Origin: Clostridia bacterium | Lineage (GTDB): Bacteria > Bacillota > Clostridia > Christensenellales > CAG-138 | Direction of reading: 5' to 3' | DNA: 64,000 nt | Assembly (NCBI GenBank): GCA_036804025.1 | Contig: DAIRTE010000001.1 | Span: forward strand, 2,542 to 66,541 | Shown here: positions 35,906 through 45,939 of the stretch, in pieces | Layout of the letters: each line of letters starts with the position of its first letter | Numbering within the stretch: the stretch's first letter is position 1 | Notes under the pieces: model-generated | Database searches by the model: none | What the model was told of the DNA's origin: nothing | The model's input: only the letters and a program-made list of their open reading frames with translations | Program-made: the position numbers and the translations under genes

Positions 35906-36586
35906 ATGAAATCGGATATCCGGCTGTTGATTGTCGATTCCAGTAGCACGATACGTGCGGAAATCCGCCAGCTCGCCGTTTCGCAGGGGTACTCCTTTGA
36001 CGAGGCGGCGGATGGCATTGCCGCGCTCAAACTCTTCCGCCGCAACGACTATCACCTGATTCTGCTGGATACCGACCTGCCGGAGCTGGACGGCGGAAAC
36101 GTCTGCCGCCAGATGCGTAAGGTGTCCGACGTGCCAATTCTGTTTCTCAGCACCAGAACGGCGGAGCAGGACCGGCTCTGCGCGTTTGAAATTGGCGCGG
36201 ACGACTTTATCATCAAACCGTTCTATCCGCGCGAGCTGCTGGCGCGCATCAAGGTGTTTCTCTACCGAACGGGCAGCCAGACCAAGTGCGTTGCCGACAA
36301 GATTGCGTTCAACGGGCTGTTCATCAACACCGTTTCGCGCGAGGTCACGGTGGACGACCGTCCCGTGTCGCTCACGCCGAAGGAATATGACCTGCTGTTC
36401 TTTCTTTCGCAGAATCCGAACAAAGCCTATTCGCGCGAGTCGCTGCTCAACGAGGTTTGGGGGTACTGCTTTACGGGCTCGGACCGCACAATCGACACGC
36501 ACATCCGCTCGCTGCGGGACAATATCCGTCCGTATGACGGCTATATCGTAACGGTTTGGGGATTTGGCTATAAGTTCGTTCTTTGA
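35906..36586 (+). CDS. OmpR/PhoB-family response regulator (no cognate kinase adjacent)
   Basis: 226 aa. Receiver domain (LILLDTDLPELDG, KPF) plus a winged-helix trans_reg_C domain (LTPKEYDLLFFLSQNPNKAYSRESLL...VWGFGYKF). RBS ggagga. Confidence 0.9.
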   Translation: MKSDIRLLIVDSSSTIRAEIRQLAVSQGYSFDEAADGIAALKLFRRNDYHLILLDTDLPELDGGNVCRQMRKVSDVPILFLSTRTAEQDRLCAFEIGADDFIIKPFYPRELLARIKVFLYRTGSQTKCVADKIAFNGLFINTVSREVTVDDRPVSLTPKEYDLLFFLSQNPNKAYSRESLLNEVWGYCFTGSDRTIDTHIRSLRDNIRPYDGYIVTVWGFGYKFVL

Positions 36587-36598
36587 GTGAATTGACGA

Positions 36599-36628
36599 GA
36601 GTCTATCGGAAGATAGGCTCTTGTTTTT
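36599..36628 (+). terminator. rho-independent terminator after the response regulator
   Basis: 9-bp stem gagtctatc/gataggctc (one G-U pair) with a GGAA loop, then ttgttttt. Confidence 0.75.
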
Positions 36629-36793
36629 GGGCGAAACCCGAATAAGATGGCAAAATCGCGCGAATCGTATGTCGGGTGTAAACTACGAGCAAATTGGGGA
36701 ACCGATCACATTCTCCAAAGTCGGTTTGCTTTTTTCAGACGGAACATATTATAATATGAAAAATTCTATTTTAGCGGCTCGAAAGGAACCCAA

Positions 36794-38305
36794 ATGGCAC
36801 ACTATTTTGATGAACCGTCCCATACTTTTTCGGAATATCTGCTTGTACCGAGTTACTCCTCCGCTCTATGCGCGCCGCAGAGCGTTTCGTTAAAGACGCC
36901 GGTGTGCAAGTTCCGCGCGGGCGAGACCAGTTCACTCAACATGAGTATCCCCCTTGTTTCGGCGGTTATGCAGTCCGTTTCCGGCGAAAAACTCTCCACG
37001 GCGCTCGCGCGCGAGGGCGGTATCTCCTTTGTATTTGTTTCGCAGCCCATCGAATCCCAGGCGGCGATGGTGCGGAACGTAAAAAAATCAAAATCGGGTT
37101 TTGTCCGCAGTGACAGTAACGTAACTCCACAGAACACCATGGCGGACGTAATGGCACTGAAGGCGGAAACAGGACATTCAACCATCGCCGTCACCGAAGA
37201 CGGAACGCCGACGGGAAAGCTCCTCGGCATCGTGACAAGCCGTGATTACCGCCCGAGCCGCATGGACCCCGCCACACCGGTCAAAGACTTCATGACCCCC
37301 ATTGAGCGGCTGATTACCGGCACAGAAGGCATCACCCTAACCGAGGCGAACGACATCATCTGGGAGCATAAACTGAACGCGCTTCCGATTATCACAAAGG
37401 AAGGCAATATATCATCCTTTGTGTTTCGCAAGGATTATGACTCCCATAAAGAAAATCCCGGCGAACTGCTGGACCAGCAAAAGCGCTACGTCGTCGGGGC
37501 GGGCATCAATACGCGGGATTATGAGGAGCGCGTTCCGGCGCTGGTGGAGGCCGGCGCAGATATTCTCTGCATCGATTCTTCGGAAGGATTCACGGAGTGG
37601 CAGGCGCGCACCATCGCGTTCATCCGCTCCCGCTATGGAGACAGCGTAAAAGTTGGCGCAGGCAACGTGGTGGATGGAGATGGATTCCGCTTTCTGGCGG
37701 ATGCGGGCGCGGACTTCGTCAAGGTGGGCATCGGTGGAGGATCCATCTGTATCACCCGCGAGGCAAAGGGCATTGGCCGCGGGCAGGCGACCGCCGTTCG
37801 CGACGTCGCCGCAGCGCGGGACGCCTATTTAAAAGAGACGGGATTTTATGTTCCCATCTGTTCGGACGGGGGCATCGTTCTGGATTATCACATCACGCTC
37901 GCGCTTGCCATGGGCGCGGATTTCTGCATGCTCGGACGGTACTTTGCACGGTGTGACGAGAGCCCGACGAGCAAGGTGCTCATCAACGGCAGCTATATGA
38001 AGGAATATTGGGGCGAGGGTAGCGCGCGCGCGCGCAACTGGCAGCGCTATGACAGCGGCGGCGAGGCAAAACTCACCTTCGAAGAAGGCGTGGACAGTTA
38101 TGTTCCTTACGCAGGCAGCCTGCATCACAACGTGGAGCAGACGCTGAGCAAAGTGCGCTCGACGATGTGCAACTGCGGCGCGTTGACCATACCGGAACTG
38201 CGCGAGAAGGCACGGCTCACGCTCGTCTCCGCCGCAACGCTCGCCGAAGGCGGCGCGCATGACGTTCTGCTCAAAGACAGAGGCTATTTCCGTTCGCTCG
38301 AATGA
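36794..38305 (+). CDS. guaB: IMP dehydrogenase
   Basis: 503 aa. N-terminus collinear with GuaB ([12 protein letters not shown]..., [28 protein letters not shown]). CBS insert present. Catalytic Cys loop [24 protein letters not shown]. Confidence 0.85.
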   Translation: MAHYFDEPSHTFSEYLLVPSYSSALCAPQSVSLKTPVCKFRAGETSSLNMSIPLVSAVMQSVSGEKLSTALAREGGISFVFVSQPIESQAAMVRNVKKSKSGFVRSDSNVTPQNTMADVMALKAETGHSTIAVTEDGTPTGKLLGIVTSRDYRPSRMDPATPVKDFMTPIERLITGTEGITLTEANDIIWEHKLNALPIITKEGNISSFVFRKDYDSHKENPGELLDQQKRYVVGAGINTRDYEERVPALVEAGADILCIDSSEGFTEWQARTIAFIRSRYGDSVKVGAGNVVDGDGFRFLADAGADFVKVGIGGGSICITREAKGIGRGQATAVRDVAAARDAYLKETGFYVPICSDGGIVLDYHITLALAMGADFCMLGRYFARCDESPTSKVLINGSYMKEYWGEGSARARNWQRYDSGGEAKLTFEEGVDSYVPYAGSLHHNVEQTLSKVRSTMCNCGALTIPELREKARLTLVSAATLAEGGAHDVLLKDRGYFRSLE

Positions 38306-38376
38306 ATTCCGTTCATTCAAACATTCAAGTATAAATGGCACGCGTAAAAGCGCACCGTTTTGTCTCACAACCCGTT

Positions 38377-38736
38377 CTACCTTTGGGGGATGATTTCAAT
38401 CCAGTATCCATCCGGATCGGCGATGAAATAGATCCCCATGGCTTCGTTGACGAACACCACGACGCCCATCTCTTCGTGTTTCTTCCGTGCTGCGTCCATA
38501 TTCTCTGCCGTAAACGCAAGATGATACTCGCCCTCGCCGAGGTCGTATGGCGCGGTGCGGTTCTTGAGGTAAGTCAACTCAAGCGAGAAATTGCCCGAAC
38601 CGTCACCCAAAAATACCAAGGTAAAATCGTCATTTTCAACCGTTCGAATCGGAGACAGTCCCAACGCCTCACGATAAAACGCAAGACTTTTATCCAAATT
38701 GAACACGTTAAAGTTGAAATGGTTAAATCGATACAT
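38377..38736 (-). CDS. VOC-family protein (glyoxalase I-like)
   Basis: 119 aa. The N-terminus MYRFNHFNFNVFNLDKSLAFYREALGL is typical of small lactoylglutathione-lyase-like proteins. Confidence 0.8.
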   Translation of the reverse strand: MYRFNHFNFNVFNLDKSLAFYREALGLSPIRTVENDDFTLVFLGDGSGNFSLELTYLKNRTAPYDLGEGEYHLAFTAENMDAARKKHEEMGVVVFVNEAMGIYFIADPDGYWIEIIPQR

Positions 38737-38967
38737 TTCCAGCGTCTCCTTTGCATTTTACTCAGTATTATATCATCCTATGTATGAACGGTTCCCGCAC
38801 CGTTTCTGGCGAATAAGGGCAAGTACCTTCTTCATGATGTGCATAGATCGCGCCTGTTTGTGTTTGCACACGTTTTAAGGTACAATGAAGTCCATTCTTA
38901 AAATGAAATCGAAATCAACGGCACATCAGGATCCTGACTACTATTTTAAGAATCAGTGAGGAGCAGC

Positions 38968-39813
38968 ATGATGGAAAAAATTTGTATATCGGCAGACAGC
39001 ACATTTGACATGACGCCCGAGATGGTGCAGGAATATGGCATCGCGGTCGTGGCATCCTATGTTCGAATGGATGACAAGGATTTTCTCGATTACCCGGATC
39101 TCAAACAGAGTGAGTTATTCGACTATTTCCGCCGCGCGCGGAAACTGCCGCAGACCGCGGCGGCCAATCCGCAGGACTATGAGACGTTCTTTCAACAATG
39201 CCTGGTTAGGCACGACGCGGTGGTTCATATTGCGAAGAGCTCCGGCATGTCGAGTTGCTATGACAATGCGGTCATCGCGGCCAACGGCATGGAGCATGTT
39301 TACGTTGTCGATTCACAGTCCATCTCCAGCGGCAGCGCGCTCCTGGCGATGGAAGCGGTACGGCAAAAGGAGTCCATGGGCGCGAAGGAACTGGAAACAT
39401 ATCTTTGCGGGTATCGTGAAAAAATCATCGGAAACTTCATCATCGAAACGCTGGAATATCTCCATGAGGGCGGCCGCTGTTCAACGCTCGCCTTCCTCGG
39501 CGCGAGCACGTTGCAGATTCGGCAGAGCATCAACATCCGCGAAGGCAAGCTTGTCGTCGGAAAGAAGTATATGGGCACCTACAAGCGCAGCCTGCGGGAC
39601 TATATCGACACAACCCTGGCACAGCATGAGCAGATGAAGCCGGACATGATCCTGATCTCGCATGCCATACAGGACGAAGCGCTGCTCAACAGCCTCATCG
39701 CACAAATTGACTCGATTCATTATTTTGAAAAGATCATTCCGCTTTCTGTCTGCGCGGCAGTTGCCTGCCACGGCGGCCCCAACGCATTCGGGTTGTTCAC
39801 CGTCACGAAATAA
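38968..39813 (+). CDS. DegV-family fatty-acid-binding protein
   Basis: ISADSTFDM...EYGIAVV N-terminus and overall DegV length and pattern. ATG 38968 or 38971 follows gaggag; the ORF is open from 38956. Confidence 0.85.
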   Translation: MMEKICISADSTFDMTPEMVQEYGIAVVASYVRMDDKDFLDYPDLKQSELFDYFRRARKLPQTAAANPQDYETFFQQCLVRHDAVVHIAKSSGMSSCYDNAVIAANGMEHVYVVDSQSISSGSALLAMEAVRQKESMGAKELETYLCGYREKIIGNFIIETLEYLHEGGRCSTLAFLGASTLQIRQSINIREGKLVVGKKYMGTYKRSLRDYIDTTLAQHEQMKPDMILISHAIQDEALLNSLIAQIDSIHYFEKIIPLSVCAAVACHGGPNAFGLFTVTK

Positions 39814-39893
39814 TCCGGCGGTTCGATTCGGAATCGTCTGAATTATCTATTATCAAATGGAATAGTTTTGAAACCAAATAGCATGGCTTAAAC

Positions 39894-39929
39894 AAAAAAA
39901 GTGGGCAGTTTGTTTGAACTGTCCACTTT
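39894..39929 (-). terminator. rho-independent terminator for the AraC gene (minus strand), possibly bidirectional
   Basis: 13-bp stem aaagtgggcagtt/aactgtccacttt (one G-U pair). The A7 run on the plus strand reads as a U-tract on the minus strand. Confidence 0.7.
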
Positions 39930-40081
39930 GCTTGGCTTTGTCCTCGCGAAGTGATACACTCGCGCGAATCGTAGAGGCGAGAGCGTAAGGAGAGTGTAGA
40001 ACCGATTGCGCGGAATACAATCTGCTGCAGAGTATTCTCGAGATGCAAAATTATCTTCTGCATATCTTGTAATACAGTTCG

Positions 40082-40948
40082 TTACTTGGTGTGGGTAATC
40101 ATAGCCTCCCGGAATTTGCTGGGAGAAAGGCCGGTGATTTTCTTAAAAGAACGATTGAAGGAAGAAATACTGGAAAAGCCCGAGTCAAAGGCGATATCGA
40201 TGATATGCACGTCGGGATTCAAAAACTGCGTTTGAGCGCGCTTTACCCGCTCCTCCGTGAGAAAGTCGACAAATGTGGAGTTGGTGTATTGCTTGAATAA
40301 GTGCGCAAAGTAGGATTTGCTGACCCCCATAAAACGAGCGGCGTCGTCCAAAGTCAGAGGGGAAGCATAGTTTTCTGAAATATACAGGCAGGCATCCGCC
40401 ATTTTTTTCGTCATGTTTTGCTTCGGGTTTTCAATTCCGGGCATAGCTTCATTGCGTTGGCTGATGCAGTTTTGTCCGACTTTCTCGAAAAAGCTTAAAA
40501 GCGACGCATACATGTGCACCTCTTTCCAGCGGCTATCGGCGTTTCGAGCGGCAAATAACTCCTTTAGAATCAGAACAATATGGTCGCAGTCCGTACTGGA
40601 GGAATTGTATTTCAGATAAGGATATTGCGAAAGCAGCGCCATTTGGCTGTTCAGCTCATTGAGAATAGAAAGCATTTCACTGGAAAACTGGGCAACCCAT
40701 AAAGTGGCCCCCGCGCATTTGTTGATTGCGTGAAGATCGCCGGGGTATATGATTAAAATGTCATTGAGGTTCATGGGGTACTTGTTGAAATTGATTTCCA
40801 CTTCATTTCCATCAGCCACACTGATTAGGATTTCGACAAAGGGATGCCAGTGGACCTTGTTGATAAAGGACATATCGATTTCTTTGGAAATGATAAAATT
40901 ACTGCCGCCGTTTATGTCGATTGATTCGTAATATCCGTTTCTGAGCAT
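40082..40948 (-). CDS. AraC-family transcriptional regulator (cupin-type sensor + HTH)
   Basis: 288 aa. N-terminal cupin-like segment (HWHPFVEILISVADGNE) and C-terminal AraC double HTH (LTLDDAARFMGVSKSYFAHLFKQYT...FSSISSFNRSFKKITGLSP). Confidence 0.88.
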   Translation of the reverse strand: MLRNGYYESIDINGGSNFIISKEIDMSFINKVHWHPFVEILISVADGNEVEINFNKYPMNLNDILIIYPGDLHAINKCAGATLWVAQFSSEMLSILNELNSQMALLSQYPYLKYNSSSTDCDHIVLILKELFAARNADSRWKEVHMYASLLSFFEKVGQNCISQRNEAMPGIENPKQNMTKKMADACLYISENYASPLTLDDAARFMGVSKSYFAHLFKQYTNSTFVDFLTEERVKRAQTQFLNPDVHIIDIAFDSGFSSISSFNRSFKKITGLSPSKFREAMITHTK

Positions 40949-42217
40949 ATAGTCATTCCTTTGATTCTATAATCTACACGATCTGACTTACTTTGCTGAT
41001 ATCATAATAAATAACGCGAAAAAACTCAATATCTGAACAGTTATTCTTTTTTTCGGACAGAATTGCGACCGAATGATGCGGAGTACCGGATCCTTCGGTA
41101 ATTTGTATGGAAGAATTTTGCAGCCCGACGGCCGAAATACGGGCCGGTGACGGGGCATTTTGAGAACGTTGGCAGCCGACCAACAATCATCGGATAGCAG
41201 AAATTCAGCATTGGAAACACATCGTTTGCTCACGAAATCGCAGGATTTTCTGGTTTGGTCAATCCGTCTTGTTCACTTTTGATGGCTCTTGCGAACTCGC
41301 ATTGAGAAGCAAAAGAAGACAAACGAACGGTTCCATATCCTATCTTTACGGCGATGGTTACAGGATGCTTGATTATGCTACTGCCTGACGCGCTCGCGCA
41401 CCGTCTTGCGGTGGTTGTATTGGCGTTTGTATTTTTTGATGGCGCTTGACCCCGAATGTCAGCCTGCTCGTTACAGGACGAGTGCCCAAATCACCAGATT
41501 GAAATTCCGATTTTCCTCTGCCGGAACGCAAGGGGAATCGCTGATATCCCCAACAACGCCCGCTTTGGACGGCCAATATTGGCCACAAAAGCGCAGTCAG
41601 ACTCGTTTTTGAGCAGTTTGTACGCATCCAACCGGATTTTTCGCGGCTTCTTCCTGCCGGACGCTGCGCCGGAGCTTACACCACCTAACTAGTTTATGCC
41701 GCCTCGCGGCGCTTCTATTTCGCGGGACAAAAGGGGGTGGGTCGCCATCTTCTTCGTCTGGAACACCAAATGCAAGGTTCCTGTTGGGGTACTCTCGTCC
41801 GACTCGATGGCCCCGACTGCAACTTAATCCATAGATACTAGGCATATTCCATTCTGCCTTGAGTGCGTTTGAACCGTCGATGTTCAACGGATGCGCGAAA
41901 AATCATGCCAGTAGGCCAAGCACGAGCCTGATCTTACGACGCGGTTCTCCGGTAACTTGGCCTGATTTTGATGTCCTTCTATTTGCGTTTCCATTTCTCT
42001 CAATTCGAATTGGGTTTGCGGCATGCAACCATGCGGCGCCCGTACGGTTGTTTAGCGTCCTCGATCGATAGCAAATATTCCTTAACTTTACCCGGTATTT
42101 ATTAAAAAAATAGCAATATCTGCATAGTCACAGTAACAATTCTGATAAGCAAAACAGGAAAAGCATTGATATGATGGTTACACAAAGCAGCGAAAGACAC
42201 TTCAATAGCAAGAGCAT

Positions 42218-43399
42218 ATGCGAGTTTTCATGAAGGCGGTGGCAAAAATGCATAAACACAGAGTGGGAATCGTTGGCTCCGGCGTCATCAGCCGGACATA
42301 TCTTTCCGACATCAAGGCATTTTACAGGGATCTGGAAATAGTCGCCTGCGCAGATATCGATATTGCGCTAGCACAGAAGCTGGCTTCGGAATTTGATGTT
42401 CCCAAGGCGTATGTTACGGAGGATTTACTAAAGGACCCGGACATCGATATCGTGATCAATCTCACGCCTCCGCAGTTTCACGTGGCGCTGGACCGGCAGA
42501 TCATTCAGGCGGGGAAGCATCTGTTCAGCGAAAAACCCTTTGCCCCGACTTTGCAGGAAGCCAAAGAAATTCTGGCGCTGGCAGAGAAGGCGGGCGTTCG
42601 GGTTGGCTGCGCGCCGGATACATTCCTTGCCTCCGGCTTACAGAGCATGCGCTACTATCTGGACGCCGGTATCATTGGCACTCCGTTCTTTGTCACGGCG
42701 AACATGACGACATTTGGCGTTGAAACCTGGCATCCCAATCCTGTTACGTACTACAAAAAAGGTTCCGGCCCCATCATGGAAATGGCACCCTATTACCTGG
42801 CGGCTATTGTATCCTTGTTGGGACCCATTGAGAGCTTGTTGGCTTTCGCGGCGCAGCCCGTCGATACGCGCCGGGTATATGTGGGGCCAAAAGCCGGAAC
42901 GGATATTCCGGTGGAAACACCTACCCATTACACGGCCATTCTTCGACTTAGAAGCGGCGTGGTTGTGAACCTGAATGTAAGTTTCGATATTTACAAATCG
43001 AGTCTGCCAATGTTTGAGATCTATGGTGACGGCGGAACGCTTGCGTATCCAGATCCCAACTTTGGCGGCGGTACGCCCCGAGTATACCGCAAAGAGCAGT
43101 ATACCGATGTGATCTATCAGAACAATGAGGCATCCCAGACCCGAAGGGAACGGTTCCATGAGCTTCCTGAGCTGTTCCCTCGGGTGAAGGACTATTCCCG
43201 CGGCATTGGCGTTCTGGATTTGGCAAAATCCATTGAGAATGGTGAGGAAAACCGAACAAACGGGCCGTTCATCCTGCACGTTACCGAGGCGATGGAAGGG
43301 TTAATCCGTTCCAGCGAGACCGAGGAGCTGTATCGGATGACCACGACCTGCCAAAGGCCCCGTCCCATTGCTGCTGGCGGTTTCCCGGAGCAGGTCTGA
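42218..43399 (+). CDS. Gfo/Idh/MocA-family NAD(P)-dependent oxidoreductase
   Basis: Rossmann motif VGIVGSGVIS and the EKP motif (LFSEKPFA). 393-aa ORF. The true start may be an internal Met (MKAVAKMHKH). Confidence 0.85.
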   Translation: MRVFMKAVAKMHKHRVGIVGSGVISRTYLSDIKAFYRDLEIVACADIDIALAQKLASEFDVPKAYVTEDLLKDPDIDIVINLTPPQFHVALDRQIIQAGKHLFSEKPFAPTLQEAKEILALAEKAGVRVGCAPDTFLASGLQSMRYYLDAGIIGTPFFVTANMTTFGVETWHPNPVTYYKKGSGPIMEMAPYYLAAIVSLLGPIESLLAFAAQPVDTRRVYVGPKAGTDIPVETPTHYTAILRLRSGVVVNLNVSFDIYKSSLPMFEIYGDGGTLAYPDPNFGGGTPRVYRKEQYTDVIYQNNEASQTRRERFHELPELFPRVKDYSRGIGVLDLAKSIENGEENRTNGPFILHVTEAMEGLIRSSETEELYRMTTTCQRPRPIAAGGFPEQV

Positions 43400-43455
43400 A
43401 CAGGACAACGCGTTCTCACTCAATTTTTGCGGTAAAACCGAAAGGAGTTATAGAT

Positions 43456-43920
43456 ATGGAAGGCATGATTGGCACACATCTTGTTGCACAGGTTGGCCTC
43501 ATCGTAAAGGACGTAGAGGCGACCAAGAAGAAATGGGCAGAGTTACTGGGGTTGGATGTTCCGCCCACGCAGCCAATTGGAGACTACGAAATCATACAGA
43601 CACAGTATCAGGGAAAACCCGCGCCGGAGGCTTATTGTTGGATCGCTTTCTTTGATGTTGGCCCCGGCCTGCAATTGGAGCTGATTCAGCCCAATGACAA
43701 GCCATCCACCTGGAGGGATTTTCTGGTTGAGCACGGCGAGGGCATCCACCATGTGGCATTTCAGGTGAAGGATTCCAAGGCGTGCGTTGCGAGAGCGGAA
43801 GCCGCCGGTCTGAAGCTTGTGCAGAGAGGCGTTTACGGCGACGGCAGCGGTGAGTATAACTATCTGGACGCGCCGGAGCTGAAGTGCATTGTAGAATTGT
43901 TGGAAAGCTACAAGAAGTAG
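43456..43920 (+). CDS. VOC-family (glyoxalase/bleomycin-resistance/dioxygenase fold) protein
   Basis: 154 aa. Paired beta-alpha-beta-beta-beta pattern with a metal-ligand-type HHVAF and a C-terminal E. RBS aaaggag. Confidence 0.75.
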   Translation: MEGMIGTHLVAQVGLIVKDVEATKKKWAELLGLDVPPTQPIGDYEIIQTQYQGKPAPEAYCWIAFFDVGPGLQLELIQPNDKPSTWRDFLVEHGEGIHHVAFQVKDSKACVARAEAAGLKLVQRGVYGDGSGEYNYLDAPELKCIVELLESYKK

Positions 43921-44418
43921 TTCATCGATCAGGCTTGGCATATCATTGGCTATGCGGCCAAGCAGTCCCGTGGAGCGCCAAAGAGCACATGGGACTGCAC
44001 CCGCCGCGAGCAGGAATTGGCCGTTATCAAGGCTGATTTGACACGAATGGATCTCTTCTTACGGAAGCTGGCACCCAGGCAGTGACAAAGCAGAGAGAGA
44101 ACATAGCTTATCATCATAACCAATAGAACCGTATCACCGCGTACCTGCGGAAACACGACGAAGCATATCAACTGAGCGTATTACTAATTTCAAATGGAAT
44201 GAATCCGTATCATCTCTGAATTACGGATCAATAAGACAGAGCGATTGAAACAAAAGATTTATATTGCGTTTCTGAATTCAGAATCTCGAAACGGTATCTC
44301 CGTAAAAAATGCGGATTGATAGGACGAAGCACCTGAAAGAAGTGTATCTTGCTTCAGCGTCCTCAAAAAGCGATATATTCGCTGAGAAGCGAGTAAATAA
44401 AAGAGAAGGAGAACAAAC

Positions 44419-45813
44419 ATGAAAAAAACATTTGCTGTTGTATTGGCCCTAGTCCTGACCATGTCCGTGCTCTTGGCAGGCTGCGCCAGCAGCGCGCCCG
44501 CGGCAACCACCGAAACTGCCGCGGCAACCACCGAAACCACCGCGGCGCCCGCCACCGGTACGGACATCTCCGGTGAAGTTGTGTGGTGGGGCTGGACCCC
44601 CGGCTCTCCGATCAATGAACAGTACATCGCTGCATTCAACAAGGTATATCCCAACATCAAGGTGACCTGGAAGCAGGCTACCGTTGCCGACTATGATGCG
44701 GTTCTGAAGCCTGCTCTGGCAAACGGCGAAGGCGTTGACGCGTTCGAAGTTTCCGCCGGTTCCGCCAACGGCGGTATTGCGATCTTCGGCGGCCAGGCGA
44801 TCGACCTGACCGATGCGGTCAAGGCAGCATTGGGCGATGACTGGCAAAGCAAGCTGACGGAGTCCTCCATCAAAACCATGACGATTGACGGTCAGCTGAA
44901 GGGCCTGGGTGTTGGAGCGGTTTACTCCGGCAACCTGTGGATCAACCAGGATCTGTTCGACAAGTACAATGTGGCGATTCCCACGAACATGGAAGAGTGG
45001 AAAACCGCCTGCGAAACCTTCAAAGCCAACGGTATCATCGGCTTCGTTCAGGGCGCAGGGATGGGCGCGTTCAACATGGACACCTATCATGCGATTTGCG
45101 ACAACGTGTCTCCCGGCGTCTTCACCCAGGCATGCAGAGGCGAAGTTGCCTGGACCGATCCCTCTCTGGTCAGAGGTTTGGAACTGTGGAAGAGCCTGTT
45201 TGACGAAGGCATTATGCAGGACGGCGCACTTGGCCTGATGCAGTATCCCGATGCAAACAACCTCTTCATGTCCCAGCAGGCGGCTATGGTCATGATGGGT
45301 TCCTGGTATACCATGAACACCCTGCCCGATACCATGAAGGCGGCCATGGAATCTGCATCCTCCACCGCAGAGCCTTTCACCATGATCCCCGTCAATTTCC
45401 CCGACATCGCGGGCACCGGCAATGTTGGCTCCATGTTCGGCGATCTGGACTACGGCACTGCCGTTGCAGCCAATTCTAAGAATTTGGATGCTGCTATCGC
45501 CTTTGCTGTATGGCTGTGTACTTCTCCGGAAGGCACGTCGACGATTGCGAACTCCCTGAACGTGGTTCCCTCTCTGAAGTCCGCAACGCCCGATTGGAGT
45601 GTTGTGAAACTGGTTAACCCCGAGAAGCAGGAAGCGGCAATCAAGGCATACCCGCAGAATGCATCTGCTGGCGGCGATAACCCCCGTTTCGCCGACATCA
45701 ACGCAGACCTGAACCAGGCGATGATGGATGTTCTGGCTGGTGTTGCCTCCGGCACACTGACGCCCGATGCAGGCGCAGCTCAGCTGCAGCAAGCCTACGA
45801 AGACAGCCTGTGA
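44419..45813 (+). CDS. ABC transporter sugar-binding lipoprotein (family 1 SBP)
   Basis: 464 aa. Signal peptide with lipobox LLAGC and a T/A/E-rich repeat linker. RBS aaggag. Confidence 0.88.
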   Translation: MKKTFAVVLALVLTMSVLLAGCASSAPAATTETAAATTETTAAPATGTDISGEVVWWGWTPGSPINEQYIAAFNKVYPNIKVTWKQATVADYDAVLKPALANGEGVDAFEVSAGSANGGIAIFGGQAIDLTDAVKAALGDDWQSKLTESSIKTMTIDGQLKGLGVGAVYSGNLWINQDLFDKYNVAIPTNMEEWKTACETFKANGIIGFVQGAGMGAFNMDTYHAICDNVSPGVFTQACRGEVAWTDPSLVRGLELWKSLFDEGIMQDGALGLMQYPDANNLFMSQQAAMVMMGSWYTMNTLPDTMKAAMESASSTAEPFTMIPVNFPDIAGTGNVGSMFGDLDYGTAVAANSKNLDAAIAFAVWLCTSPEGTSTIANSLNVVPSLKSATPDWSVVKLVNPEKQEAAIKAYPQNASAGGDNPRFADINADLNQAMMDVLAGVASGTLTPDAGAAQLQQAYEDSL

Positions 45814-45868
45814 GAACGAACCGACCAACCATTTTTGTCTGAGTGACACAGGTAAGACTTAAGGGAAC

Positions 45869-45897
45869 GGATAGGGGCATAGTCACTGTGCCCCTAT
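45869..45897 (+). promoter_or_regulatory. intercistronic stem-loop between SBP and permease genes
   Basis: Perfect 11-bp stem ggataggggca / tgcccctatcc with a 7-nt loop. No U-tract follows. Confidence 0.5.
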
Positions 45898-45939
45898 CCT
45901 TACATAAGGATTCATATCTGGTTATGAGGTGATCGTACT

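Noticed and set aside
33178-36045. 955-aa minus-strand ORF spanning hydA and part of the NuoF-GltD gene. Similar long antisense ORFs lie at 30538..31587, 31639..32883, 27723..29189, 44449..45849, 847..1749, 5611..6234, 49104..49742 and 55832..56545.
   Set aside because: All are Arg/Ala/Gly/His-rich with no domain signatures. All overlap plus-strand ORFs carrying unambiguous family motifs. They are GC-driven stop-codon-free antisense frames.
36629-36793. Possible purine riboswitch or attenuator upstream of guaB. A small hairpin aaccga...tcggtt followed by tgctttttt lies at about 36698-36733.
   Set aside because: I could not find the conserved purine-riboswitch core. The stem is only 6 bp with a 15-nt loop. 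It would need a covariance-model scan, so it is not reported as a feature.
43921-44418. 500-bp spacer before the second SBP. It contains a protein-like plus-frame stretch (…WDCTRREQELAVIKADLTRMDLFLRKLAPRQ*) and a 73-aa minus-strand ORF.
   Set aside because: There is no start or RBS and no family recognised. It may be a gene remnant, but the evidence is too thin to call a pseudogene.
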